NCBI RefSeq assembly: GCF_963921235.1
Contig: NC_086108.1
Location: 18,166,001-18,230,000 of the forward strand
From: Mobula hypostoma
Taxonomy: Eukaryota
Direction: 5' to 3'
Length of the DNA stretch: 64,000 nucleotides
Of this stretch, positions 38,926 to 50,600 are shown one piece after another. How positions within the stretch are numbered: the first letter of the stretch is position 1; each line of letters begins with the position of its first letter. A program made the translations under genes and the position numbers. A model generated the notes under the pieces. The model was not told where the DNA came from. It searched no databases and was given only the letters and a program-made list of their open reading frames with translations.

Positions 38926-39347
38926 AATGTGGTTAGACATGAAGAATATCAGCAAAACTACAGATTCACATTCAAGATTAGTTTGATCAATTAGTCACTG
39001 ATTCTGAATATATTGGGTTGGTAGATTTAGGTATTGGTCCAATTATGGCTGGTAGAATCATTAAATTCTTGCTCAGTGTTGCAAAAGGGAAGTTTGTTAC
39101 ACTGATTCTGATCTAATGATTTGAGGGTTTTTTTTAATTAAACAATTAGTAACAAAGAGAAAATGCTTTGCCCTATTAAAATAAATAGAATTTTCGTATC
39201 CCTTTTGCTATCGGAGACCATCAAATATAAGAATCATTAATAGCTCCTAATATCACTCAAGGTTCTCCCAAAAATATCCAAAAAAAACTACCCCCAAACT
39301 GTTGTGGACTCCTGACAACAGTAAACAGAAAAACAAATCGTACCTTC

Positions 39348-41595
39348 TCTATTGTCATGGACAAGGATAGATCTGGTCCTAGGGTTGAGGTTCTTAACTG
39401 GAAGAAGGCCAAATTTGAAGAAATGAGAAAGGATCTAAAAAGCGTGGATTGGGACAGGTTGTTCTCTGGCAAGGAAGTGATCGGTAGGTAGGAAGCCTTC
39501 AAAGGAGAAATTTTAAGAGTGCAGAATTTGTATGTTCCTGTCAGGATTAAAGGCAAAGTGAATAGGAATAAGGAACCTTGGTTCTCAAGGGATATTGCAA
39601 CTCTGATAAAGAAGAAGAGGGAGTTGTATGACATGTATAAGAAGCAGAGAGTAAATAAGGTGCTTGAGGAGTATAAGAAGTGCAAGAAAATACTTAAGAA
39701 AGAAATCAGGAGGGCTAAAAGAAGACATGAGGTTGCCTTGGCAGTCAAAGTGAAGGATAATCCAAAGAGCTTTTACAGGTATATTAAGAGCAAGAGGATT
39801 GTAAGGGATAAAATTGGTCCTCTTGAAGATCAGAGTGGTCGGCTATGTGTGGAACCAAAGGAAATGGGGGAGATCTTAAATAGGTTTTTTGCATCTGTAT
39901 TTACTAAGGAAACTGGCATGAAGTCTGTGGAATTAAGGGAAACAAGTAGTGAGATCATGGAAACTGTACAGATCGAAAAGGAGGAGGTCCTTGCTGTCTT
40001 GAGGAAGATTAAAGTGGATAAATCCCCAGGACCTGACAGGGTGTTCCCTCGGACCTTGAAGGAGACTAGTGTTGAAATTGCAGGGGCCCTGGCAGAAATA
40101 TTTAAAATGTCGCTGTCTACAGGTGAGGTGCCGAAGGATTGGAGAGTGGCTCATGTTGTTCCGTTGTTTAAAAAAGAATCGAAAAGTAATCCGGGAAATT
40201 ATAGGCCAGTAAGTTTAACATCGGTAGTAGGTAAGTTATTGGAGCGAGTACTAAGAGACAGAACCTACAAGCATTTGGATAGACAGGGACTTATTAGGGA
40301 GAGTCAACATGGCTTTGTGCGTGGTAGGTCATGTTTGACCAATCTGTTGGAGTTTTTCGAAGAGGTTACCAGGAAAGTGGATGAAGGGAAGGCAGTGGAT
40401 ATTGTCTACATGGACTTCAGTAAGGCCTTTGACAAGGTCCCTCATGGGAGGTTAGTTAGGAAAATTCAGTCGCTAGGTATACATGGAGAGGTGGTAAACT
40501 GGATTAGACATTGGCTCAATGGAAGAAGCCAAAGAGTGGTAGTAGAGAATTGCTTCTCCGAGTGGAGGCCTGTGACTAGTGGTGTGCCACAGGGATCAGT
40601 GCTGGGTCCATTGTTATTTGTCATCTATATCAATGGTCTGGATGATAATGTGGTAAGTTGGATCAGCAAATTTGCTGATGATACAAAGATTGGAAGTGTA
40701 GTAGACAGTGAGTAAGGTTTTCAGAGCCTGCAGAGGGACTTGGACCAGCTGGAAAAATGGGCTGAAAAATAGCAGATGGAGTTTAATACAGACAAGCATG
40801 AGGTATTGCATGTTGGAAGGACAAACCAAGGTAGAACATACAGGGTGAATGGTAAGGCACTGAGGAGTGCAGTAGAACAGAGGGATCTGGGAATACAGAT
40901 ACAAAATTCCCTAAAAGTGGCGTCACAGGTAGATAGGGTCGTAAAGAGAACTTTTGGTACATTGGCCTTTATTAATCAAAGTATTGAGTATAAGAGCTGG
41001 AATGTTATGATGAGGTTGTATAAGGCATTGGTAAGGCCGAATCTGGAGTATTGTGTTCAGTTTTGGTCACCAAATTACAGGAAGGATATAAATAAGGTTG
41101 AAAGAGTGCAGAGAAGGTTGACAAGGATGTTACCGGGACTTGAGAAACTGAGTTACAGAGAAAGGTTGAATAGGTTAGGACTTTATTCCCTGGAGTGTAG
41201 AAGAATGAGGGGAGATTTGATAGAGGTATATAAAATTATGATGGGTATTGATAGAGTGAATGCAAGCAGGCTTTTTCCACTGAGGCAAGGGGAGAAAAAA
41301 ACCAGAGGACATGGGTTAAGGGTGAGGGGGGATAAGTTTAAAGGGAACATTAGGGGGGGGGCTTCTTCACACAAAGAGTGATGGGACTATGGAATGAGCT
41401 GCCGGACGAGGTGGTAAATGTGGGTTCTTTTTTAACATTTAAGAATAAATTGTACAGATACATGGATGGGAGGTGTATGGAGGGATATGGTCTGTGTACA
41501 GGTCAGTGGGATTAGGCAGAAAATGGTTCGGCACAGCCAAGAAGGGCCTAAAGGCCTGTTTCTGTGCTGTAGATTCTATGGTTCTATGGTTCTAT
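39348..41595 (+). mobile_element. CR1 LINE family E, young ORF2 pseudogene (RT nearly intact)
   Basis: 398-aa ORF 39519-40715 plus in-frame 201-aa ORF 40776-41381 separated by stops; all RT motifs present; (TTCTATGG)n tail. Confidence 0.95.
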
Positions 41596-41864
41596 TTATG
41601 GTCCTTGGCACTGCTCTCAATCCCAATATTTAATGTCTGATTACCAGTTTGTAGTCACTCACCTCTCTTATCATTAATCAGTATAATCTGATTATTTGTC
41701 CGTGGATTGAATTTGCAGCATAATATTAATCAGTTGGAATGACACTGATTTGATAATCAATCTTTAGAATCTTCATCAGCCTTAATATAGGAGATTTATA
41801 CTTGGGTCAGATTTATAGCCAGCAGTGTAATTCTTTGGTCTGATTATTGATCAGTTGTATTACT

Positions 41865-42406
41865 CGACCATGGTTTTTCGGTCCGGCGCCAGACTCTCAG
41901 AGAGATTCGACAGGGGGCGGGCGCCCAGCGCTCGGCCGGGGGCCGTGGTCGAGTGGTCAACAACTTGGGCTGGCTCCCCCACCGGACTTAGTCTGGTTAG
42001 GAGGGTGTGAGGACACCCAGCAGGACTAGGAAAAAGCAAGACCTGACAAAGGACGGATCAGCTCCTTGTGAGCCAATGGCCATCTTCCATGGAAGAGATT
42101 AAAACCTCACCACGTATCTACGAATTGTATGCTATGCACCTAGTTATAAGCGACATGATGAACTTGGGCACTGCACCATGTGCCTGGACCTGCCCAAGGT
42201 GTCTGCCTAAGGAAGGGTCGAGCTCGAAGAAGGGGCCGTGGCTGGAGGCCGACACGGCCTTGGGGTTGCGGCAGGCGGTGCCAAGACGGCCAGCAAGAAC
42301 AAACTAGAGGAGAGGCTGTACTCGGTGCTGTCGCAAGATCGAAGAAGATGGAGGTGCATAGCCGCCAACCCTGGATTCGGGATGGCACCCACTGACTGAC
42401 TGACTG
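41865..42406 (+). mobile_element. Young non-autonomous RTE-clade retroposon with (ACTG)n tail and 6-bp TSD
   Basis: ATTACT at 41859-41864 and 42407-42412; 3' end encodes SQDRRRWRCIAANPGFG (RTE C-terminal DRxxWR); CpG-rich. Confidence 0.75.
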
Positions 42407-42476
42407 ATTACTTATTATTGCTCAATAAATTCATTGACAAGTCAGATTACTGGTCATTATAATTGATTGGATTAAT

Positions 42477-42900
42477 TAGAAACATAGAAACATAAAAAAC
42501 CTACAGTACAATGCAGGCCCTTTGGACCACAAAGTTGTGCCCAACATGTCCCCACCTTAGAAATTACTAGGCTTACCCATAGACCTCTATTTTTCCAAGC
42601 TCCATGTACCTATCCAAAAGTCTCTTAAAAGACCCTATCGTATCCGCCTCCACCACTGTTGCCGGCAGCCCATTCCGTGCACTCACCACTCTATGCGTAA
42701 AAAAACTTACCCCTCAGATCTCCTCTGTACCTACTCCCAAGCACCTTAAACCTGTGTCCTCTTGTGGCAACCATTTTAACCCTGGAAAAAAGCGTCTGAC
42801 GATCCACACGATCAATGCCTCTCATCATCTTATACACCTCTATCAGGACACCTCTCATCCTTCGTCGCCCCAAGGAGAAAAGGCTAAGTTCACTCAACCT
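42477..42900 (-). mobile_element. CR1 family C 3' end
   Basis: Reverse complement of 3270-3660; LFSLGRRRMRG. Confidence 0.9.
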
Positions 42901-43094
42901 ACTTTTTGCTACTCTAGTCATTGACCGGTCTATGTATGTATAATCATTCTTCGGTTTGATCAGTCAATAGTTACAAACTTCCAGCATTAATTTGCTAATC
43001 TAATTGTAGTTTAATGAAACCACACTTAATCAGTTTATTGTCATGTGGATTATTCACCAGTCAGATTTTTATTCGGTATAATAAAAGTTTGAGG

Positions 43095-43095
<1 letters not shown>

Positions 43096-43139
<44 letters not shown>
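43096..43139. repeat. (TA)~22 microsatellite at a CR1 5' junction
   Basis: Direct reading. Confidence 0.97.
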
Positions 43140-43140
<1 letters not shown>

Positions 43141-43142
<2 letters not shown>

Positions 43143-44219
43143 TTGGCCAGGTGGATTCAGAATTGGCTTGCATGCAGAAGGCAGAGGGTCATGGTGGAGG
43201 GAGTACATTTGGATTGGAGGGTTGTGACTAGTGGTGTCCCACAAGGATCGGTTCTGGGACCTCTACTTTTCGTGATTTTTATTAACAATCTGGATGTTGG
43301 GGTAGAAAGATGGGTTGGCAAGTTTGCAGATGACATAAAGGTTGGTGGTGGTGTAGATAGTGTAGAGGATTGTTGAGGATTGCAGAGAGACATTGATAGG
43401 ATGCAGAAGTGGGCTGAGAAGTGGCAGATGGAGTTCAACCTGGAAAAGTGTGAGGTGGTACACTTTGGAAGGACAAACTCCAAGGCAGAGTACAAAGTAA
43501 ATGGCAGGATACTTGGTAGTGTGGAGGAGCAGAGGGATCTGGGGGTACATGTCCACAGATCCCTGAAAGTTGCCTCACAGGTAGATAGGGTAGTTAAGAA
43601 AGCTTATGAGGTATTAGCTTTCATAAGTTGAGGGATAGAGTTTAAGAGTCACAAGGTAATGATGCAGCTCTATAAAACTCTGGTTAGGCCACACTTGGAG
43701 TACTGTGTCCAGTTCTGGTCGCCTCACTATAGGAAGGATGTGGAAGCATTGGAAAGGGTACAGAGGAGATTTACCAGTATGCTGCCTGGTTTAGAGAGTA
43801 TGCATTATGATCAGAGATTAAGGGAGCTAGGGCTTTACTCTTTGTAGAGAAAGAGGTTGAGAGGAGACATGATAGAGGTATACAAGATATTAAGAGGAAT
43901 AGATAGAATGGATGGTCAGCACCTCTTCCCCAGGGCACCACTGCTCAATACAAGGGGACGTGGCTTCAAGGTAAGGGGTAGGAAGTTCAAGGGGGATATT
44001 AGAGGAAGGTTTTTTTACTCAGAGAGTGGTTGATGCGTGGAATACACTGCCTGAATCAGTGGTGGAGGCAGGTACACTAGTGAAATTTAAGAGACTACTA
44101 GACAGGTATATGGAGGAATTTAAGGTGGGGGGGTTATATGGGAGGCAGAGTCTGAGGGTTGGCACAACATTGTGGGCCGAAAGGCCTGTACTGTGCTGTA
44201 CTTTCTATGTTCTATGTTC
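43141..44219 (+). mobile_element. CR1 family A, 5'-truncated
   Basis: Near-identical to 8710-9780; TTCTATG tail. Confidence 0.95.
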
Positions 44220-45471
44220 GTAATCATGTATTGATTTGATTAAATATCAGTTGAGTAACACATGGGTCCAATTATTCTAATTCAAATCATTTTAGAGTCT
44301 TTTTATTTGATCAAGAACAGTTACTGCCCCTCAACCATCAGGCAGTTGTTCCTTTGGAGCAGAATGTTCTGTAGGTAGGAAACCCACCAGATAAAAGAGA
44401 GGGCAACCAATGAATCTCATGCATCAGAACTCATCAGTCTGTGCAGCCTTTATCAGCAATTTTGCGGACCCTGAGCATGTTGTTCACTGTGATGGCCAGA
44501 TCATTCAGTATTTGCACCTGTGACCAACAAGTTGGGCACACCAGTCAATGTGATGAACGAACAAGCCTTCAGCAATATTTTCTCTTGTCTTACTCTAACT
44601 CAGCCAGAGGAATGCCAGGCTCTTTCCTTACAGAGGCATTAAAACTTGGCTTCCCCTCCATTTACTCCATCTCCACTTCCCGCTGTCTTGCAACAGCAGT
44701 CAGCATAATCAAAGACCCAGATGAAGGACTGGGATGAGGATTAGTGCAGGTGAAAGTTGATGGTCAGCACAGATGGTGGGTTGAAAGGCATGCTGCATAT
44801 TTCTATGACTACATAAATCTGGAGTTGTGACAGATGATAAACTGTAGTTCTTTTATTTAACACTTCTGACAGCAAGCACAAAATGTCAAGCTGCAAGAGT
44901 GTGCACTGTCATGACACACATCAGCTAGGGCTGTTGTATCCTTCTGATGACCTTCTGCTCCATCCCATTCCTCCAACCAACAACCCTTCAGAAAGGAAAA
45001 GGTCAGGAGCAGCAAGCTTGTTATGTGAATGCGAATGCTGTCACCATGGAGATGACGGTAAAGCAAAATCAAAGTCATAATTCAGCAAACTGCTGTTCTG
45101 TCTCTGTAAGGTAACAAACTAATCACAAATAGAAACAGGTTGAACATGAACCTAGAGTACTCCGAAACAGGCCCTTTGGCCTAGCTAGTCTATGTTGAAT
45201 TGTCACATCGACTCACACCAGGGTAATAGCCCTCCATACCCCTCGCACCCATGTACTCGTCTAAACTTCTCATAAATGTAGCAATTAGATCCGTGTCCAC
45301 CACCTTCACTGGCAGCTTGTTCCACACTCACACCACCCTCCGAGTGAAGAAGTTCCTCTTGAGGTTGCCCTTAAATATTTCACCTTCCTTCCTTAACCTA
45401 AGACTTCTAGTTCTAGTCTCACCCACCCTTAGTGAAAAAAGTCTGCTTACATTAAGCCTATCTTAACCCTT

Positions 45472-45579
45472 ACCAAGCAGCAGTAAATCAAGGCAACTTG
45501 TTCACATCAAGTCCAGTTGCCTTGATTTACTACTGCTTGATTATAATGACCTGGATGACTGAGAACCTTCATAGACATG
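45472..45579 (+). mobile_element. 108-bp fold-back insertion (Penelope pLTR-end-like) with 11-bp TSD
   Basis: TCTTAACCCTT at 45461-45471 and 45580-45590; 25-bp inverted repeat; ends ATGACCTGGATGACTGAGAACCTTCATAGACA. Confidence 0.7.
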
Positions 45580-46204
45580 TCTTAACCCTTCATAATTTTA
45601 TATACTTCTATCAAATTTCCCCTCATTTTCCTGTGCTCCTGGGAATAAAGCCTACCAATTCAACCTTTCCTTATAACTCAGGTCCTCAAGTTCTGGTAAC
45701 ATCCTTGTAAATTTTCTCTGTATTCTTTCAATTTTAGTAATAACTTTTCTGTAGGTAGAAGTGCGCACAATACTCTAAATATAGCCTCACCAACATCTTA
45801 TACAAATACAACATGTTATACCAGCTCCTGTACTCAGTACTTTGATTTAATCAGGCCATTATGGCGAAGGTTCTCTTTACAAACCTATATAGCTGCGACA
45901 CCACTTTCAAGCGATTACTGTACTCTTCAGTGGCCTACTCTGTAAGTCCTATTCTGGTTTGTCCTACTTGTCGACGTTAAATTGCATCTGCCATTTTCTG
46001 CCCATTTTTCCAGATGGTCCAGATCCTGCTGCAAGCTTTGATAGCCTTCCTCGTTGCCCCCAATCTTGGTGTCTTCCACAAGTTTGCCGATCCAGTTTAC
46101 CCGGTTATTATCCAAATTGTTGACATAGATGATGAACAAGAATGGACCCAGCACTGATCCCTGTGGCACAACACTAGTCACGGGCCTCCAATCAGGGAGG
46201 CAAC

Positions 46205-46460
46205 TATTTATTTTAAAGATACAACACAGTAACAAACCTTTTTGGCTGAACAAGCCTGCGCCACCTAATTACAGCCTTGTGACCAACTAACCTACTAACT
46301 TGTATGCCTTTGTAATGAGGAGAAAACGGGAGCACCTGGTGGAAACCCACATGGTCACGGGGGAAAAGAATAAACTCCTCGCTGACAGCGGCAGGAGTTG
46401 AACCCTGTTTTGCTGGAGCAGTAAAAGTGTCGTGCAAACTGTTACTCTACTGTGCCTTCT
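46205..46460 (-). mobile_element. HE1/V-SINE-like tRNA SINE
   Basis: Minus strand GGTTCAACTCC B box; GTGGGTTTCCACCAGGTGCTCCCGTTTTCTCC V-domain; AAAT tail. Confidence 0.8.
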
Positions 46461-47019
46461 ACAGTACTTCCACTTTCTGGCTTCTCTCACAAAGACAATG
46501 TCGAATCCAATTTACTATCTCATCCTGAATGCCAAGCAATTGACCCTTGACTATCGTCCCATGCGATTTTGTAAAAGGCCTTGCTAAAGCAGTGAGGAGA
46601 CTCTCACACTCTTGCGCACACAGCACAGACCTCGTGATGTGAGTTATGGCACTGTCTTCCCATAATCACTGGTGGAATGCATACAATAACCATCAGGGAA
46701 TTGTGATAGCTGTTTAGGGAGGAGTTGTGGCTACTTTGAACATGTTGCTTGCTAAGATACAAAACTGACATGATTTTTCTTCTGAGGCATCTCCTTGAGA
46801 ATGAGGATGACTTTTCATGCTGGTTTTGTGGGTTCTGAGCTGATGTGGGAATTGCAAATCTTACTATAGGGCAGCTAGTGGCTGAGTAGGCAGGAGGATG
46901 GGCAATTTGTGAAGTGCTCCACTCCTTCCACAATTTACACTTGAGTCTGTTTACTTACAATGCACAGACTCAAAGTTATCAATACTGGTGCTACTGACTG
47001 TAAAGTGGAGGATTGGGCA

Positions 47020-48380
47020 GTCGAGGTCATGGCTAAAGAGTTGGTGCAGAAGGGAAGGTTTGGGTACGTCTGGGACAAGTGGGATATGTACAGGTGGATC
47101 ATGCTTCACTTGAACTGGAAGGGGTCAAATATCCTTGGAAGGGAGATTTGTTCAAGCAATTTGGGAGGTTTAACCTAATTTGGCAGGAGTTTGGGAAAGA
47201 CTGTAATTATGAACTAGGTAGGGAAAATAATGTATAGGATGAAACAAGCAAGTCCAGTGAACAAAGTAGGATATCCGTCCAGTGTGGCCATAAAAGTAGA
47301 ACTGAGTTCTGAGAGAGGACAATCACTTTGCTGGAGTTATACTGTAGGCCCTTCAATAGGCAGTAGGAATTAGAAGAACAGAGATGCAAGCAAATTGCCT
47401 ATGGATGCAAAAGTGGGTGATTTTAACTTTGTTAATATTCCCTGAGATTGCCTTAATGTAAGGGCATTAGATCAGTCAGAGTTGTTAAATGCATCCAAGA
47501 GAATCCTAGAATAGAATAGACCACCTTATCTGTGGGGGCTGGAGACTGGACACATGGTGGAAATGCCTATAGGGAAACACTTGGGAAACAGTGATCATAA
47601 TTCTATTAGTTAGACAGCAGTTATGGAAAGGGAAAAGGTTGGCCATCAAGTTAAGAACTTGAACTACAGTAAAGCAGATTTCGGAAGTATAAGAGAGGGC
47701 CTGGCAAAAGTAAATTGAGAGGAGATGCTTGTGGGTAAAACAGAGGTTGATGTGGGAATCTTTTAAGATTCAATAAAGTTCAAGAATGGTACATTCTGAT
47801 AAAGGCATAAAACCCAGATTGCAAGATTATGCAACCTTGGATAACAAACAATATTCAAGGCTTAATTGGAGGGAGAAAAGTGGAAATGTGGAGGTAACTG
47901 GCACCAAAAGGAATCTCTTAAAAACTATTGAGTGTGTAGAAGAGAAGAAATTGGGGGTGGGGGCAAAAAAGATAATGAAATATTCTTGGCAAACAATGAA
48001 AGAAGACCCAAGATATTCTGTAGTAGGAGCAAGAGAGTAGCCAGGCAAAGAGCTTGGAGGTAATCCATGTTTGCTTGTCTCCATGGAGGGGCAAACTGAT
48101 AGAAGTATATGAGGCATAGACAGGGGAAATGTTCAGAATCTTTTTCCCATTGAAAAGGTATTGAAAACAAGAGGACACAGATTTTACAGAATATTTGAAC
48201 TCATTGCTAGAGAAGGTGGAGTTATCAGATACAAGCACTTAGGTTTAAGAGGAATTTAGACTGCACTTAAATTGGCCAAATATAGAAGATACAAGCAGAT
48301 GGGGTTAGTAAATGAACAATAAAATGTAGACATAGCTGGGCAGTGTGGGCTGAATGGCCTGTTTCAGTGTTCTACGACCC
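47020..48380 (+). mobile_element. Very decayed CR1
   Basis: LHLNWKGSNILG (ORF1 esterase-like), GGTGATTTTAAC, AACAGTGATCATAAT (SDHN) and 3' GGGCTGAATGGCCTGTTTC. Confidence 0.7.
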
Positions 48381-48394
48381 AATGGCCATAATTC

Positions 48395-48570
48395 TATCTC
48401 AAATGCTCCTTCTACACTCTGAGCACTCATTAGTCAGAGATTCCCAGGAGTCTGTGGGGATGCTGCAGTTCTCGTTGAGATTTTCAGCACATCCTTGAAA
48501 TCTTTTACTCTGTCTGCCTGGTCCCAAGACAGAGCTCAGAACAGAGTCTGACATGTTCAACAATGGCGAC
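48395..48570 (-). mobile_element. RTE LINE C-terminal fragment
   Basis: GRQSKRF..CSIPTDSWESL..SEC(W)RRSI resembles the RTE ORF C-terminus. Confidence 0.6.
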
Positions 48571-49224
48571 ATCAAATATGCATGACCCACTACAAATGTC
48601 TGAGTTACCCAAAGGGTCATCGGCTGACGTGTGTTAATTTTCTAGAACTCTGGTGATTGCTTGCAATGTTGGTAACTACAGTAGATATCCTATTATTAGA
48701 AATTGTCAGTTCTACAGCTCCCATTAAGGAATGAATCAGATAAGATATTGGGGCAGAGAAAATTTTGGTTGATAGGTTAAATTTTAAGGTGTATCAGACA
48801 AAACGAGGTTGAAAAACAAAGAATATGCAGTCAGATTTCTTTCACTGTGGGACATGAAACTGAAGGCACATCTGCCAGTGGTAGATTCAGTAAAATCAAA
48901 AAGATTGAATTCAAGTTACAAGAGCCACTCCTACCCCATCTAGTCTGCTCTTCATGCTAATCTGAATTTGAGCTTTATCACAATTAAATTTTGCCCCCAA
49001 GACACGTGACTTGGAGGGCATCACAGTTGTGCAGCCACGCACATTTTTTAAACCTATCCACTTGACCAATATTCTTTAGCTAGCCTGGAGACACCGAGGC
49101 TAGCTATAATGAATCTTCTCCCCTGTTAATTCTTCATTTCAGACCAGACAGGGATCCAAGGACCTGTACGACACAAGCCATGCCAGATCAGAATATGATA
49201 GAGATGGTTAAAGTCAAAATTGAG

Positions 49225-49490
49225 TTTACTTATTTATTTAGCGATACGGAACACAGTGGGCTCTTCAAGCAACCTTGATTAACCCTAACTTAATCGCAGA
49301 ACAATTTACAATGATCAATTAACCTACCTTGCACATCTGTGTACTGTGGGAGGAAACTGAAGCACCTGGTGAAAACCCATGTATTCCATAGGGAGGACAT
49401 TCAGAGACTCATTCAGACAGCACCAGAACTGAACTCCAAGCTCCAATGCCTTGAACTGTAATAGTGTCACACTAACTGCTGTGCTACAGT
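49225..49490 (-). mobile_element. HE1/V-SINE-like SINE
   Basis: TGTGGGAGGAAACTGAAGCACCTGGTGAAAACCCA (V-domain reverse); (TAAA)n tail; similar to 62420-63775. Confidence 0.8.
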
Positions 49491-49803
49491 GCCTCATGTA
49501 GATACTTCTAATGGATTGAGCTAAGTCACTTAGTCAAGGTGGTAAATACAAAAGATTCTGCAGTTGCTGGAAATCCAAGAATAACACAAACAAAATTATG
49601 AAAATGACATTATGGAATAAGATCACTCTTCAGGACTGGAAAGAAAGGGGGAAGATGCCAGAATAGGAATGTGGGGGGAGGGGAAGGAGGACAAGGTAGA
49701 AGGTGATAGGTGAAGCCAGGAGGGTGGGGAGTGGAGGTTGAAGTTTGAAGATGGGAGATAATGTGGAAAAGACAAAGGGCTGGAGAGAAAAGGAATCTGA
49801 TAG

Positions 49804-50240
49804 ATAGAACATAGAACATAGAACAGTACAGCACAGTATAGGCCCTTCAGCCCACATTGTTGTGCTGATCCTTAAACCCTGCCTCCCATATAACCCCCCA
49901 CCTTAAATTCCTCCATATACCTGTCAAGTAGTCTCTTAAATTTCACTAGTGTATCTGCCTCCACCACTGACTCAGGCAATGCATTCCACGCACCAACCAC
50001 TCTCTGAGTAAAAAACCTTCCTCTAATATCCCCCTTGAACTCCGCCCCCCCTTACCTTAAAGCCATGGTATACCATGGCTTTAAAAGCCATACCTCTTGT
50101 ATTGAGCAGTGGTGCCCTGGGGAAGAGGCGCTGGCTATCCACTCCATCTATTCCTCTTAATATCTTGTATACCTCTATCATGTCTCCTCTCATCCTCCTC
50201 CTCTCCAGAGAGTGAAGCCCTCGCTCCCTTAATCTCTGAT
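49804..50240 (-). mobile_element. CR1 family A 3' end nested in PLE
   Basis: TCTGATAG at 49796-49803 and 50235-50242; (TTCTATG)n tail. Confidence 0.92.
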
Positions 50241-50600
50241 AGGAGCGGAGAGTGGATCATGGGAGAAAGGGAAGGAGGAAGAGCAGTGGGGGAGGTGATA
50301 GGTGAAGAAAAGAAGTAAGAGGCCAGAGTGGGGAAATGAAGAACGGGGAAAAGGGAGTGGAAAAAAATATTACTGGAAGTTGGAGAAATCTTTGATCATG
50401 CCATCAGGTTGGAGGCTAATTAGACAGAATATAAAGTGTTGCTCTTTCAGACTGAGAGTCATCGTGGCAGATGAGAAGGCCATGGACAATTTGTATCAGA
50501 ATAGGAAGGGGGATAGAAATTTAAGTGGTTGGCCAGGGAAATTACGCTTTTTGCAGATGGAGCTGTGGTGCTCAACAAAGTGGTCCCCTAATCTACATCA

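Larger units (their letters stand above)
1..44300. repeat. Degenerate AT-rich 32-bp tandem satellite forming the background between TE insertions
   Basis: Consecutive 32-nt units, e.g. 5058 AATCATTCATTAATCTGATTATTAGTCAATGG then AATTATTCATAAATTCAGTTATTCGTTTATAA. CTGATTATTGGT and AGAATCATTCAT recur in the same orientation in blocks at about 1-260, 4840-5170, 7400-8240, 10860-11140, 24430-25390, 27520-29000, 37660-38190, 38950-39120, 41620-41860, 42900-43080 and 44220-44300. Confidence 0.85.
45140..46590 (-). mobile_element. Old CR1 with two nested insertions
   Basis: [19 protein letters not shown]; continues after the SINE at 46462. Confidence 0.85.

Noticed and set aside
39519..41381. Active autonomous LINE
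   Set aside because: In-frame stops at 40713 and ~40770, and 5' truncation removes ORF1 and most of the endonuclease.
44360..45110. Possible exons in unique-looking DNA (also 46600-46990)
   Set aside because: No recognisable protein motif or convincing splice-site pair.
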